In this document: one piece after another, positions 36,081-49,600 of the stretch | Numbering within the stretch: the stretch's first letter is position 1 | Layout of the letters: every line of letters starts with the position of its first letter | NCBI RefSeq assembly: GCF_006345805.1 | Contig: NC_043004.1 | Span: 82,088,001-82,152,000, forward strand | Length of the DNA: 64,000 nucleotides | Source: Octopus sinensis | Lineage: Eukaryota | Direction: 5' to 3' | Program-made: the position numbers and the translations under genes | Notes under the pieces: model-generated | The model's database searches: none | What the model was told of the DNA's origin: nothing | What the model saw: only the letters and a program-made list of their open reading frames with translations

Positions 36081-37178
36081 GGGGACACTAAAAGCAAAAA
36101 AAAAAATAACAACACTCTGTAAAAATTAAATTCAAACATTCTTAACACCATGACAAAACAGCCACTCAGAATTACTCTGGCGAATGGTCCGATGATAACC
36201 AGCAAATAAATATCTTCGTTGTACAGGAATTCGCATGTCTGTAAAGGATCAAGGAAAATAAAAACAATGTAAAAAAAATGCCAAAACTAAGAAAAAATGC
36301 AAAAACACAAATACCAAACAAAAGTTGCAATACAAAAATGGAATGTGTGTGTCACAATTGAGGGTATCGCAGTGTTTGTGGGTGGAAGTTAAATCTTTAT
36401 TTAAATTTTGTTGTCTTTTCCTTTTTGTTTATATTAAATGCAGTTATGGACACACATACACACACACACACACACACACCATTGTATTTATGTATGCAGG
36501 AAGCTCAAGTGAAAGAATGAAAGAAATTAAAATAAAGCAAGTCTTTGGTTCATCTCTAACTCTTATTGTCCCGTGGTTGATAGATACACTGAGTGGTGTC
36601 CAGCAGGACTTGAAACTTCAGTACTGTTCCAATCAATCATTCTGTTACATATTGATTTATCAATCATGCTACTCAATTCCAATTACATTGACTTATGTCT
36701 TGTTTTTTTTTTTTGCAGATATTTATATTTTTCTCTTTTTGTTTTGTTGATTTGTTTTCCTCTCTGTGTCTGCATCTGCATTTAGTATAAATGTAAATCA
36801 ATTGTTTTGCTGGGAAATTCTTGCTTATTGGTAAATAAAAAAAAATTTATTAAATGAGAAAAAGTGGGGGACATAGCTCAGAGGGTAATTACTACTACTA
36901 CTACTACTTCTACTGCTGCTGCTGCTGCTGCTACTACTACTATTACTATTTTTCCTACTACCTTTACTACAACTACTACTACTATAATTTCTACTACTAT
37001 TATAACCTCTACTATAACTACTACTACTACTAGTATAACCTCTACTACTACTACTCTCTTTCTCCTCCACCTCCTCCTCCTCCTTCAGGAGTTTCACATT
37101 ACATACTTCGACCAAAAGCGGAAGCCCCAGCTACAGCCTTTCTCCTCTGTGCTTCATTCCACATTCCTCTCACTTCAT

Positions 37179-37210
<32 letters not shown>

Positions 37211-38276
37211 ATAGTAATTACTATTATTGTTTTCAGGCCTTGTGCCTATAATGGTAAGGATTATTATTATTATTATTATTAATTCTGTGATTGGTTTTTA
37301 AATAACATAATCATTTTTCAGATTTTTTGCGGGTGGAAAATTTTTGTTTTCAAATAGGCTTTTTTTTAAAAGATTGTTTTCTGTTTTTGGGAGTTTTTTT
37401 TTTTTTGTGTGTTTGTTTTCAAGATTTCCGTTTTTTTCTTTGATTGTTATTTTTTTTCTTTTGTCTATTTAAAATGCGGAAACAAAACTGTATTGCATTG
37501 GTTGGTTGGGGCAGGGTGCATCAATTCTACAATAAAAGGTAAAAAAAAAAATATTAAAAAAAAAGAAACAAACAAAAAATGTACCAATTTGTCATAAAAT
37601 ATCAACAATTGTTAGAAGGGAATGGGGTCACGAAAAAGAAAAAAAAAAGAAATGAAACAAAGGGATTTATATATTTTCCTTTTTGATTAACTGTAAATAA
37701 ATATGTGAAAGCCGACATTTATCATCATCATTATTAATAGTGTTTTTGTTGTTGATATTATTTATTATTATTATTATTATTATTGGCGGCGAGCTGGCAG
37801 AATAGTTAGCATGCCGGGTGAAATGCTTAGCAGTATTTCGTCTGTCGTTATGTTCCAAGTTCAAATTCCGCCGAGGTCGACGTTACCTTTTATCCTTTCG
37901 GTGTCGATAAATTAGGTACCAGTTGAGTACTGGGGTCGATGTATATTGTGTATATTGACTATAATCCTCAACACAAATTCTAAGCCCTATGACTCTTGTA
38001 GAAAGGATTATTATCGTCGTTGCTGCCATACAAGAAAGACACGGTAACTGGGAGCTGTGTAAATGTGCCTTCAATCTTTTCGGCCTGTGAAGGCTCCATT
38101 CAGTTATTTTAATTGGTAAAGCCTTATTTTTAACATTGCCTGGACTGCACAGGCAGTATCTCTGTTTAGAGATGCCCCTTGTTTTGCAAGGGGTGCGCAC
38201 CAATACTTTTGAACTTACTTAAATTATCTGTTAAAGGCACATATTTTGCTATTTTCGAAATATTTTGAAATATGGT

Positions 38277-38574
38277 TTGTTTGTTTATCGTTGTTTGTTT
38301 CTTCTCGAGCCACGCCTGGCTCATAAGGGCCGGTTTCCTTGGCGTATAAGTTCCCCACCTGGGCGGGACGCCGGTCCGTCGCAGGTGAGCGGCAAGATGC
38401 AGGAGGAAAGAGTGAGAGAAAGTTGTGGCGAAGGAGTTCGCCATTACCTTCTGCCGGAGCCGCATAGAGATTAGGTGTTTCGCTCATAAACACACATCGC
38501 CTAGTCCGAGATTCGAACCCGTGATCCCTCGACCACGAGTCTGCTGCTCTAACCACTTGGCCATGTGCTTCCAC
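38277..38574 (-). mobile_element. tRNA-derived SINE (family D-related, V-domain-like body) with 12-bp TSD
   Basis: TSD TTGAAATATGGT (38265-38276 and 38575-38586); CCTGCGACGGACCGGCGTCCCGCCCAGG resembles the V-SINE core as I recall it. Confidence 0.8.
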
Positions 38575-38613
38575 TTGAAATATGGTGGAGAAACAATGAT
38601 AATATTCGATGAT

Positions 38614-38997
38614 TAGGGCGGCGAGCTGGCAGAAACGTTAGCACGCCGGGCGAAATGCTGAGCGTTCTGAGTTCAAATTCCGCCTAGGTCGACTTTGCCT
38701 TTCATCCTTTCGGGGTCGATAAATTAAGTACCAGTTACGCACTGGGGTCGATGTAATCGACTTAATACCTATGTTTGTCCTTGTTTGTCCCTTCTATGTT
38801 TAGCCCCTTGTGGGTAATAAAGAAATGGGTATTTCGCCTGTCGTTACGTTCTGAGTTCAAATTCCGCCGATGTCGACTTTGCCTTTCATCCTTTCGGGGT
38901 CGATAAATTAAGTACCAGTTGTGCACTGGGGTCGATATAATCGACTTAATCTGTTTGTCCCCTCTGTGCTTAGCCCCTTGTGGGTAGGAAAGAAATA
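38614..38997 (+). mobile_element. SINE family B dimer with 16-bp TSD
   Basis: TSD GATAATATTCGATGAT (38598-38613 and 38998-39013); head GGCGGCGAGCTGGCAGAA, core GTCGACTTTGCCTTTCATCCTTTCGGGGTCGATAAATTAAGTACCAG. Other copies at 9219, 9425, 18730, 23640, 37785 and 59060(-). Confidence 0.85.
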
Positions 38998-39258
38998 GAT
39001 AATATTCGATGATGGGACACGTTCCTTGTCCTGATGTAGCGTTGACTACAGTAAACGACGTCACTTCCACACCTGCGAAAACAAACAGGTTATGTATTTT
39101 TGTCTGCTAGCAACTTCAAAGCATTTGACAATTCAGCAAATCAACAGTTCGACAATTCCAGGTAACAACACCAACAACAATACCGATAATAGACCTAAAG
39201 AAGAAAAGAAAAAAAAAAAATATTTGAAAGAAATGCGACCACCGCCGCCTCCGTTACT

Positions 39259-41010
39259 GTGGCAACTGTCTCCACTGCAGCTGCTAAATTTGCTACAGCC
39301 ACAACGAAATACATCGGAAAGAGGATTTCTTTTGTTAGTGCTGTAAGAAATCTGGAGGATTCTTTCCCACCCGGAAGGCCTCCACGACGGTGGAGTTACG
39401 ATTTCAGGAGGACGATTGGGATCACGTGGATGAGAAAGGCGCGATCCAGAGAGGAGTGGACTGCGTGCTGTGACCAGCGGTGTCAAATGGACGCCCGACG
39501 GACTGGTCGGTGAAGGTTATCAAGGTGATATGCAAAATGTATTCATTAATTTTGTTGTTGTGAACAAAAGCAAGTAAATTAATGGAGTTCATAAATCAGC
39601 ATAGAAACAAAATTGAGACAGAAGGAATTTAAGGATTTAATCCTCAAAACCCCAAAGGACAGACGAGGACAGATGAGGGTTTAAAACTGGCCAGACGACT
39701 AGTTAAAAGAAATGGGAGAATAGTAACCCTCAATCCTCCATTCGTGCTAATCGAAAACGTTTTGAGATACATAGTTACATAACACTGCGTCGGAGCAAAA
39801 TTGCGCCGAGAAGAAAATAAATACGACCGAAGCCCAAATTGCAAAATGCCTTGGACCCATGTGGGAACACAAGACCCACATCACTTGAGGAAATAAGTTT
39901 GGCATGACTGAAGTGAGACTTGGGACTGAAGAAGGAGCCAGGTTTCATTCTCTGACGACATGGAAGAGTGAACAATTCTTCTTAATCTCCAGCCATCGTG
40001 ACCAACGCCTTGCTAAAATAGAACTATTTATCACTTGGTGGTTATAGACGAAGAGGTGACAGTGTTGGAAGTAAAGAAGAGATTTCAACAAAACTGGTCA
40101 CATATATATGGAACTGACTATACAATCTAATGAAACCGATATTGACGAAGTACCTGACCGGATATATCTCCCTGATGACACCTACCTGTGAATGATAGTG
40201 GAAGGTAGAATGTCACGACAACGCCGTGGTGATCTCATTCTCACTCACAACATCATAAGCGGAAAGTGTAACCTCTCGAAAGAGCTGTTCTTTACTCCTG
40301 CTCCAGATCGAGGGCTGCGGGGTCACTCCGAAAAGCTCTATCTACGACAATTTCATCTCAATCGAAGGAGAGGGGCTTTCTCCGTCCGGGTTGCGGATCC
40401 GTAGAATAAGCTGCCGGACGAGATAGTGAAGATGCCGACGACCGCTCGGTTCAAAGTCTCTCTTGACCAGAAATGGCCTGAAATCTTTGTATGGCCACCA
40501 TCCCTGTACATAACTTTCTGTCCCCCTACATACCCTTGCTTTTGCATTTTGAGCCAATAAAAATTGAATTGAATTGGATCTGTGATTCACTTAAAGGCTT
40601 TCTGTCCTCAAACAAAGGAAACAAACCACCCGCTGCTACGAACACCACAAATACAAAATCAAGAAATGCAAAAGACTCCAACCCACAAACCAAAACAACG
40701 AAGGAGTTTACTCCCGGCTCCTACGAAAAAGCAGGCTTCTCTGAACGCCCTGCTCTTCAAACCAACAACAAAAACAACAACGACATGGAGAAAGAAGAGC
40801 AGGCCAAAGCATGGATCACTGATAAAAAAAGGGTAGGTGAAGATTAGGAGTGTATATAACCCTACTCCAAGAACAATAAAAACAAGCACAAAAACCACAA
40901 TTGCAGACCAATTCACAACCACTCCAATAACAACAACAAAAACAACTTCATCAAAGACAAGAAAAGGGAAAAACAATAAATAATAAAACTGTAGAAACAA
41001 CAAAATACTT
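39259..41010 (+). mobile_element. Decayed Tx1-like LINE ORF1 relic with nested insertions
   Basis: KCLGPMWEHKTHIT*GNKFGMTEVRL (~39845-39930) aligns with KCLRPVWDSKEYISWGNKFGTVQVRF in ORF1 of the element at 51745-57790. Confidence 0.65.
40190..40578 (+). mobile_element. CR1-clade LINE 3' fragment
   Basis: RRGDLILTHNIISG..LRGHSEKL..RRGAFSVRVADP.NKLP; (ATTGA)n tail. Confidence 0.85.
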
Positions 41011-41029
41011 GCAACTATATGCAAAATGT

Positions 41030-41614
41030 TGTAGCCCATGTTTCACTACCATATAACATTACAGGTAGAACTGTACTGTTGATGAGGTTGGCGCGGGCGG
41101 TCCTGTCCAACCTTTCCTTGAGCACATTTCTTATGACATTAAACGCCTTCCATCCGGCCCTTACCCTCCGTGAGATCTTCTTTTCGATGTTATATTGGTA
41201 ATGAAACATGGGCTACAACAAAGAGAGAAGAGCAGAGACTGGTAACGGCTCAAAGAGGCATGGAAAGGTCAATGCTTGGTATCTCGTTGAGAGAGTACAT
41301 CAGTAGCGAGATTATCAGAAAGAAGTCCGGCGTGAGGGATGTCATTGCAGAGTATACATGCAGCAAGTTTAGATGGGCTGGACACGTCACCCGGCTCACC
41401 GATAATCGGTGGACCCTCGCAGTTGTCGAGTGGTACCCGCGCGAGCGGAAACGACCATCCGGAAGGCCTCCACGACGGTAGAGTTACGATTTCAGGAGGA
41501 CGATTGGGATCACGTGGATGAGAAAGGCGCGATCCAGAGAGGAGTGGACTGCGTGCTGTGACCAGCGGTGTCAAATGAAGCCCGACGGACTGGTCGGTGA
41601 AGGTGATCAAGGTG
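41030..41614 (+). mobile_element. RTE-clade LINE insertion with an inverted 5' part (twin priming)
   Basis: TSD ATATGCAAAATGT (41017-41029 and 41615-41627); 41027-41195 reads as RTE ORF on the - strand, 41197-41480 on the + strand. Confidence 0.85.
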
Positions 41615-41914
41615 ATATGCAAAATGTATTCATTAATTTTATTGTTGTGAACAAAAGCAAGTGAATTAATGAAGTTCATAAATCAACATAGAAACAAAAT
41701 TGAGATAGAGGGAAAGGAATTTAAGGATTTAATCCTCAAAACCCCAAAGGACAGACTATTAATATAAACGTCCTCAGATGTTTATAAAGTATTCCGTGAA
41801 AAATTCCTAGTTAGTGTTGGTATTTAAAAAAAGACAATATACAAACGGCTTTTAGAAAGGATTTTTCGAAAATGTTCGCCAGTAGAGAGGCCCGGAATAT
41901 ATGAGCTTCTCGAA

Positions 41915-42030
41915 AAACATTAACCCTAAAACAGATTTAAATGCAGTAGATCGATACTAGGGTCATAACTATGGGCGACAATTTCATATGACACCGCCAG
42001 AAAAAACTGCCGTTCAAACTGAGAAGATCC
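41915..42030 (-). mobile_element. Truncated Merlin-like MITE end
   Basis: Matches one terminus of 14551-14971, including the TIR. Confidence 0.75.
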
Positions 42031-42745
42031 CCATTAAATTTTGGAGTCGAGTTTCCTTCTCGAAAATGCTGCCTTTGTACCAAAATTCGAAACCTTCATA
42101 TAACTTCGTCGTCTTTAGCAATTTCTTTAGATATTGAAGAAAGGTTTTTATTCATAGAAATAGCTAAAAACTGACAAACGCATGGTGGATTAGAATAATA
42201 AAAAAAAGAAATAGATATATAGCTAATTAATTCCTATGTTTGATTAACACAATCTGCTGTTTCTCTTCTTTCCTTCTTTTATTCTTCCTTTCTGTTCCAA
42301 AACACGATAAGGGAGCGTTTGTAAAATGACATTTCACGAAAGAGGGCCCGAAGCTAAAAACACACACAAAATCTTCGAAATGCATTACTTGCGAATTGAT
42401 GTGTCATCACATTTCACTAAGCTGGGTTTTTTTTGTTTCTGTTCAATTTAGCAGGAAATGTTGATGCAGTTTAATGAATGCCTATCCTTTAATTATTACG
42501 ATTTCAATTAACTTGATTCAAGATAATAAGTAGAAATTGTCTTTTCGTTTATCTAGAATTACTAACATCGTTTTATTTTTTAATTTATTTTATTTTATTC
42601 TTTCCCTCGTTCAGTTCATCCCTCAAAATTGAACTTCAATGGATTTCGTTCTGCAGATGGTTGTGTTAAATGTCGTGCTTAAAGCATTAGGGTTTCAACA
42701 AATAGAGCAACACGAACAATTATAACGTCAACAGCAACAGCAGTC

Positions 42746-43035
42746 GAGGCGCAATCGCCCAGTGGTTAGGGCAGCGGACTGGCGGTTTCGATTCCCAGAC
42801 CGGGCGTTGCGTGTGTTTATTGAGTGAAAACACCTAAAGCTCCACGAGGCTCCAGCAGGGGGTGGTGGTGACCCCTGTTGCAGTCTTTCGCTCCAACTTT
42901 CTCTCACTCTTTCATCCTGTTTCTTGTCCCCGACTTCCTACGTAACCGCTGAGCCTGGATGCACATTCATCCATCCTTCTGCGGGTCTTACGAATAGCAA
43001 AGGACCACGTTTCGGACTTCTCCCAGGACGAAGAC
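42746..43035 (+). mobile_element. SINE family D copy with a distinct 3' tail
   Basis: Same head and body as 8345, different tail. Confidence 0.75.
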
Positions 43036-43205
43036 CGCTTCGCTAAACAAACAAACAAGCAAACAAACAGCAACAGGAAGAGCAACAACAACAATAATAA
43101 AAATACTAATAATCATACATATAACAAAAATAGCAAAAACAACAATGGCAAAAGCGTATGCTGGACAGGTAGAACGTTAAATGGCACACACACACACACA
43201 CACAC

Positions 43206-43245
<40 letters not shown>

Positions 43246-43993
43246 CAGTACAAAATTGGACAAGAACGCAAAAGTCCAGACAGTTAGGTGATACAAAAAA
43301 GGACAACAAAACATCCAGATAAACGATACAAAGAAAACAAGGACGGGTCATTCGAAGTTTTCTTTCCTCAGTCAAGCACCAGATTATCCTCGCAATTTCG
43401 GCTGATTATTCTTGAGATTGCTCCAATCTGGCCATCCCCAAGGAAAAACTAAGTTAAAAGCATTAGATTCCTTGGAAGAAAGCAGCGAATGTACACAAAA
43501 ACATGGACAGAAAAATCGAACAATGTTACACAAATATAAATACAATAATAAATACAATAAAAATAATAACAGGACATAACAACAGGTGTCTTTCGATTAA
43601 GGACGTATTGAATTTTAGTATCACGTAGCTGTCCGGATTTTTTGCGTTCTTGTCTCATTTTGTATTTTATATACATATATATAGCAGCGTAGGTACACTT
43701 TGGCCTCTCTCTCTCTCTCTCTCACGCTCTCTCTCCCTATATATATATGGCTTGGTGCATAATTATTGCGGCTTTTTGTCAACAAATTTTATTCGACAAA
43801 AACAATAACAATATTTAACAAAAACATCTTTAAATGACGATCTGACCGTCTGCGAAGCAAACAGGAAGCAGTAATTGAAGTAGATGGTGAATATGTTCCG
43901 GAATAATCGTTTAAGATGTTTTTGTTACAGGGTTTTGTTGAATAAAGTTTGTTGAGAAAAAACGCAATAATTATGCACCAAGGCCAATATATA

Positions 43994-44060
<67 letters not shown>

Positions 44061-44089
44061 ATATATATAAAGTTAATCCAAACAAGAAA

Positions 44090-47000
44090 ACACAAAAAAA
44101 CAATAAACACAACAACGCGAGGATGTGGAACAAATAAAGTATTATTGGACGTTCAGGAAAGAAGGGAAGAAGGAAGATTTAACGTTTCGAGCTGAGCTCT
44201 TCATCGGAAACATAGGAGAAGGAAAGATCTCGAGAAGTGAAGACAGAGGGAAAAAAATCGCCAGCGGTACTCACGAGGTCACATATTGAAAGACCGGAAG
44301 TAGAAAGGTGGAAGAATAATGTTTTTTAAAGACAGGAGAGTTTTCAAAGACAGTAGGTAGTATGTCAAGGACAAGGAAAGTGAGGGGGGAATGTGTGTGG
44401 ATGTGTGCGTGCGCGGAGGTCTGCGTATGCGCGTGTGTGTATATGTGTGCAATGATGACACGTGTGTGTGTGTGTGTGCGTGTTAGTGTGTATGTGTGTA
44501 TGGCGAACAACTGGCTAGTAGCTGGCCAGTTTGTAAGAATAAGGAGTGGTGTTTTTTGTGTACAGCCACAGGTCAAAACAAAGAGGTATGTGTGTGTGCG
44601 TGTATGTATATGTATCGTGTGTGTTTTTGTTTGTAGTGTGTGTGTGTGTGTGTGTTCATGTGTGTATGCGTAGAGTTTGGATGTGTGGCGAGTAACTGTG
44701 CTTAAGTTAGTGTATGTGTACGTGTGTGCTTGTACGTGCGTGTGTGTGTATATATATGTATGTATAATTGTGAGCGTGTATGTATAATTGTGTGCCGTGT
44801 GTATGGGATGTATGTGTGGGTTCATTTGTGTGTGTGTGTGTATGTATGTGCGTGTAGTTGTGTGTGCGTGTATGTATGCGTTTGTATGTGTGTGTGTGTA
44901 AGCGTATATGGATGTATATGCGGGTATCCGAGGGATTGTGCATTGGTGCGCGTGCGTATGTGCGCGCATGTTTTTGTGTGCGTATGTGTGTGTGTCTGTG
45001 CTTATATGTGTGTACGTATGTGTATGTGTGCGTGCGCTTGTAGGTATATATTGTGTGTAGTATATGCGTCGGTGTGTATGTGTGAATTTGTGTGTCTTTG
45101 TACGTGTGTATGTGTGTGTGCGTGTGTGTGTACGTGCGTGCGAGTGAATGTATGTATACATGTGCGTGTGTGTACAAATGTAGAGGTTTATATGTGTGTT
45201 TATATGTTTATATGTGTGTATATATATATGTATGCAAGCACACACTTTATAATTGAAAGATTGATGGAAAAAAATTGGTGTGGGTGTATGTGAATCCACA
45301 GGCACACACATACACACATTGACGCACGCTGCAATACAGCCAACCCCATATGCATGTATGTATGTATGTATGTATGTATGTATGTATGTATGTATGTATG
45401 TATGCATGTGTGTATGTGTGTGTGTGTATGTATGTATGTGTGTATGTATGTATGTGAGTGTGTGTATGTGTGTATGTATGTATGTATGTGTGTGTGTATG
45501 TATGTATGTGTGCATGTGTATATGTGTGTATGTGTGTATGTGTGTATGTATGTATCTATGTATGTATGTATGTGTGTATGTATGTGTGTGTGTATGTATG
45601 TATGTATGTATGTATGTGTGTATGTGTGTATGTGTGTGTGTATGTGTGTATGTATGTATGTGTGTATGTATGTGTGTGTATGTGTGTATGTGTGTGTGTA
45701 TGTGTGTGTGTATGTATGTATGTATGAACGTATGTATGTGTGTATACGTATGTATGTGTGTGTGTGAATGTATGCGTGTGTGTGGGGGGAGTTGGAGTTG
45801 TGTAGGCGTAATGTACATGCGTGTGCTTGTGTGCGTGTGTGCGCTTACGTGCGTGTATGTGTGTGTGTGTCTTTGCTAGGTGTTTATAAGAGTGTGCGTA
45901 TCTGTATGAGTATTGTTTGTTGGTGTGTGTGTGCATGGGCATGTGTGATGCGCGTGTGGGTGTGTGGGTGTGTGTATAGGTGTGGACGTATGTGTGCGTA
46001 CATGTGCATGTATGTTGTATGTGTGTGGTGTGTTGGAAGTTGGTGTGTTCGTGGATACGTGAGTATGTGTGTGTTTCTGTATAAGGACAAAATATTTTAT
46101 TTTTAAATTAAAAAAATTGCTAGTGGGGAGAGGTGGAGCGCAGTCACTAAGAGGAGAGGGCTGTGTTGAGTCCGTGTGGGGTAGTAGTCTGTAGAGTGAA
46201 AATGAATCGTTGCTCCAAGTGGAGCTTGGATTGTGGAGGACCGTTGTGTGGGGCGAGACCAAACACAGAGATGTTATCGGGGGAATGGCTGGCCGAGCGG
46301 AAGTGACGTGCGACGGGAGAATTGGACCGTACACGAACAACCCTTAGATGTTCGGATAATCGGTCTGACAACCGGCGTCCCGTCTGTCCTACATACAGCA
46401 TTCCGCAGAGGTTGCATTTAATGCAGTATATGAGACTAGACGAAGTGCACGTAAAAGAATGTCTGATACGTACAGTTTGCTGGTTGGAACCGGTGACAGC
46501 AGTGGTGTTGGTGATGAAGTGGCAGGTGTTGCAGCGGGATCTGGAGCACGGGAATGAACCGTGTGGGGCTGAGGGGGAAGAAGAGAGCGTGCTACGGATC
46601 AGGAGGTCGCGTAGATTCCGGGCTCGTTTGAAGGAGGACAGGGGTGGGTTGAGGAAAATAGGGTGGGTCGTGGGATCGAGCTGGAGACGACGGAAGGCAC
46701 GTAGTATCTTCCGACGAAGGGGTAGAGTAGAGGGGTGGAAAAGGAGGGGAAAGGGGTGCGGTTGAGGGGTGGGTGAGAGGAAGGAGAAAGGGCGGTTGTG
46801 CGGTCGATGCGACGAGCGCGGGCGAGGGTGTTCAAGAAAAGGGTAGGTGAGTATCCTCGATGTCTGAACAGGCGGGCCAGGTGTTGAGACTGGGTCTCGA
46901 AATCCTGGTCGCGGCTGCACAAGCGTCGGAGGCGGAGGAACTGGGAGTAGAGGATAGCCCGTTTGGTGTGGAAGGGATGGGAGGAGGAGAAGTTGAGATA

Positions 47001-48400
47001 GAGGTGGGAATCCGTGGGTTTGAAGAAGGCGGAGGTGGTGAGAGAGTGGGAGGGGTGTTCGATGCTGAGAGAGATATCAAGAAAGTTAACAGAGGTGTTG
47101 GAGATGGTGGAAGTGAAATGTAGAGAGGGGTGGAAGTTAGAGAGGAAAGAGATGAAATGGCAGAGTTGTTCGCGGGAAAGGGAGGTGGCGCCTATGCAGT
47201 CGTCTATGTAGCGACCGTATAGTTCTGGTGTCGGCCCGGAGAATTGGGAGAATACTTGGGCCTCAATGTAGCCAACAAAGAGATTGGCGAAATTGGGGCC
47301 CATTCTCGTTCCCATCGTGACCCCGGACACCTATTGGTACGTTTCCCCGGCGAATGTGAAACAGTTGAGGGTGAGGACGAGCTCTGCCAGGCGGAGAAGG
47401 GTGGGGGTGCTCGGGGTGGGGTCGAAACGACGGTCGAGGAAGTGTTGGAGGGCTAAGAGACCGTCGTTGTGAGGAATTACCGTATACAGGGATTTTATGT
47501 CTAAGGTGAAGAGGAGGTGTGAGGGGCTGGAAGGGAAAGAAAAGGAATTGAAGAGACGGAGGGCGTGGTTAGTGTCATGTATGTGGGATGGGAGGGCTGC
47601 GACTAAGGGGGACAAGATGCGGTCGAGATATAGGGAATGGTGTTCAGTGGGGCAATTACAGGCGGAAACGATGAGGGGGGCCAGGGTTATTGGGTTTATG
47701 AATTTTGGGAAGGAAATAGATGGTGGAGGTGCGGGGTGTGCGGACGATGAGGTTGGAAGCGGTGGGGGGAGAGCAGAAGAGGAGATGAGGTCGTGGATGG
47801 TGGAGGACTCTCGCTGTTGGTAGGAAGAGGTGGGATCGGAGGGGAGGAGGCGATAGAAGAGGGGATTTTGAAGCTGGCTGAGCGCTTTCTCTCTGTATAG
47901 ATCTGCGCGCCACACCACCACTGCTCCGCCTTTGTTCGCCGATTTGATGACAATGTCGTTGCGGCGACGGAGGTGGCGAAGGGCAATCAATTCAGCCCGA
48001 GTGAGGTTGTCTCGGAGAGGTCTTTTTTTAAAGTTAAACTGGTTGACCAACGCGTTGCAGTCGTTCACGAACAAATCTAGGCTACTGAATTGGTCTGGGG
48101 GTGGCGTCCAGTTGGATGGGCGGCACCCCAGCTTCAAAAAGTAATCCTGATTGTCGTGACGCTGCGGGGACGCGTGGAAGAATGTGCAATGTTTGAGGCG
48201 GCGCAGGAACTGGTTGACGTCGGTCCGAGTCTCGAATTCGTCACAGTGGTGCGTGAGAGGCGTGAAGCGGAGTCCCCTACTGAGGAGAGAGTGCTCGGCA
48301 GCGGAGAGGGGGAGATTGGGGGTATAGTGACAACAGTGCGAGGAAGCGGGGAGGTGGGATGAGTGGGGTCAGGAAGAGTGGGTGCAGAGGTGTGGGGTCA
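44090..48400 (-). mobile_element. Near-complete Penelope-like retroelement (RT + GIY-YIG, frameshifted), long CA-rich 3' region and pLTR
   Basis: Frames 47331-48137, 46599-47330 and 46147-46920: DIVIKSANKGGAVVVW, TLDIKSLYTVIP, GVTMGTRMGPNFANLFV, RYIDD, IYCIKCNLCGMLYVGQTGRRLSDRLSEH; pLTR at 44090-44285 ends in (TA)n. Confidence 0.92.
44178..44211 (-). ncRNA. Minimal hammerhead-like motif (U4C core) in the Penelope pLTR
   Basis: GTTT-CCGATGA-A-GAGC(TCA)GCTC-GAAAC-GTT-AAA. Confidence 0.6.
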
Positions 48401-49568
48401 TATATATGCCTATGTGTGTGCCATTTAGCGTGCTGCCTGTCCAGTACATGCTTTTGCCATTGTTGTTTTTGCTTTTTTTGTTAAACGTATTATTATTAGT
48501 AGTAGTAGTATTTGGATATTGGGTGCTCTTAGTGGAATTCCTTTTGGGCCAGGTCTTCGGTTTTTGACCCAAAAGTTTCAGTAACTTTAAAATGAATGAA
48601 AAATCACCCACCACCACCACCACCACCACCACCACCACTTAAGCGGTAAAATAAATATTATAAACAAATAAAAGTTACTAAATCAAAGAAGTTGATGAAA
48701 ATGATAACGAAGAGATTAAACTCATATCAAGGTTTCTGCTGAGTTTTGAACCATCGCTTTCAGTCTTCCAGTTCAAGACCACGGCCTACCTCATCGTTAT
48801 AGGACTTGCTGTGGTTGATGAGGAGAACTTCAAAAGAAGTGTACGAGTTTTCACGCCAAATTGCTAGATCGAAGATTCTCGAACTTTTTGCTTATGGCTA
48901 TAAAATGTTAGCGAATTCAACTTCAGCCGGCTTTTTCAAATTTTCTTTTTTAACATGCTTATGTGATATTCGGAGGAAGTCACCGAACTTAAATTTTAGT
49001 TTCGAATCATACACATTGATTTAAAACATGGAGCAGATTTCATTCCTTTTATTTATTTCATCTTCAGTAACTATGAACAATTTTTACAATATTATGTAGC
49101 ACGAAGATGGAAAACTGTTAAAATCGTTACCACACCGGGCAAAATGTTCAGCGACATTTCTCACGGCTCAGATTACCCCGAGACCAACATCGTCTTTTAT
49201 CCTTTAGGGGCCAATAAAATAGTATGAGTTAGACACTAGGGATGACACACTCGACCAGCATCTTCCGCTCAAAACTGTCAGCTTTATATTAAAATTAGAC
49301 GCCATCGTGGATGTTGAATTAGAGATTATTCTTATCTAACATAGGTGCAGGAGTGGCTGTGTGGTAAGTAACTTGCTTACCAACCCCATGGTTCTGGGTT
49401 CAGTCCCACAACGTGGCACCTTGGGCAAGTGTCTTCTACTATAGCCTCGGGCCGACCAAAGCCTTGTGAGTGGATTTGGTTGACGGAAACTGAAAGAAGC
49501 CCGTCGTATATATGTATATATATACATACATACCTATATATATATATATAATATATATATATATATAT

Positions 49569-49600
<32 letters not shown>

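Noticed and set aside
44271-45942. 515-aa His/Thr-rich ORF and overlapping Cys/Val-rich ORFs
   Set aside because: Stop-poor CA/TG low-complexity DNA with no domain or splice structure
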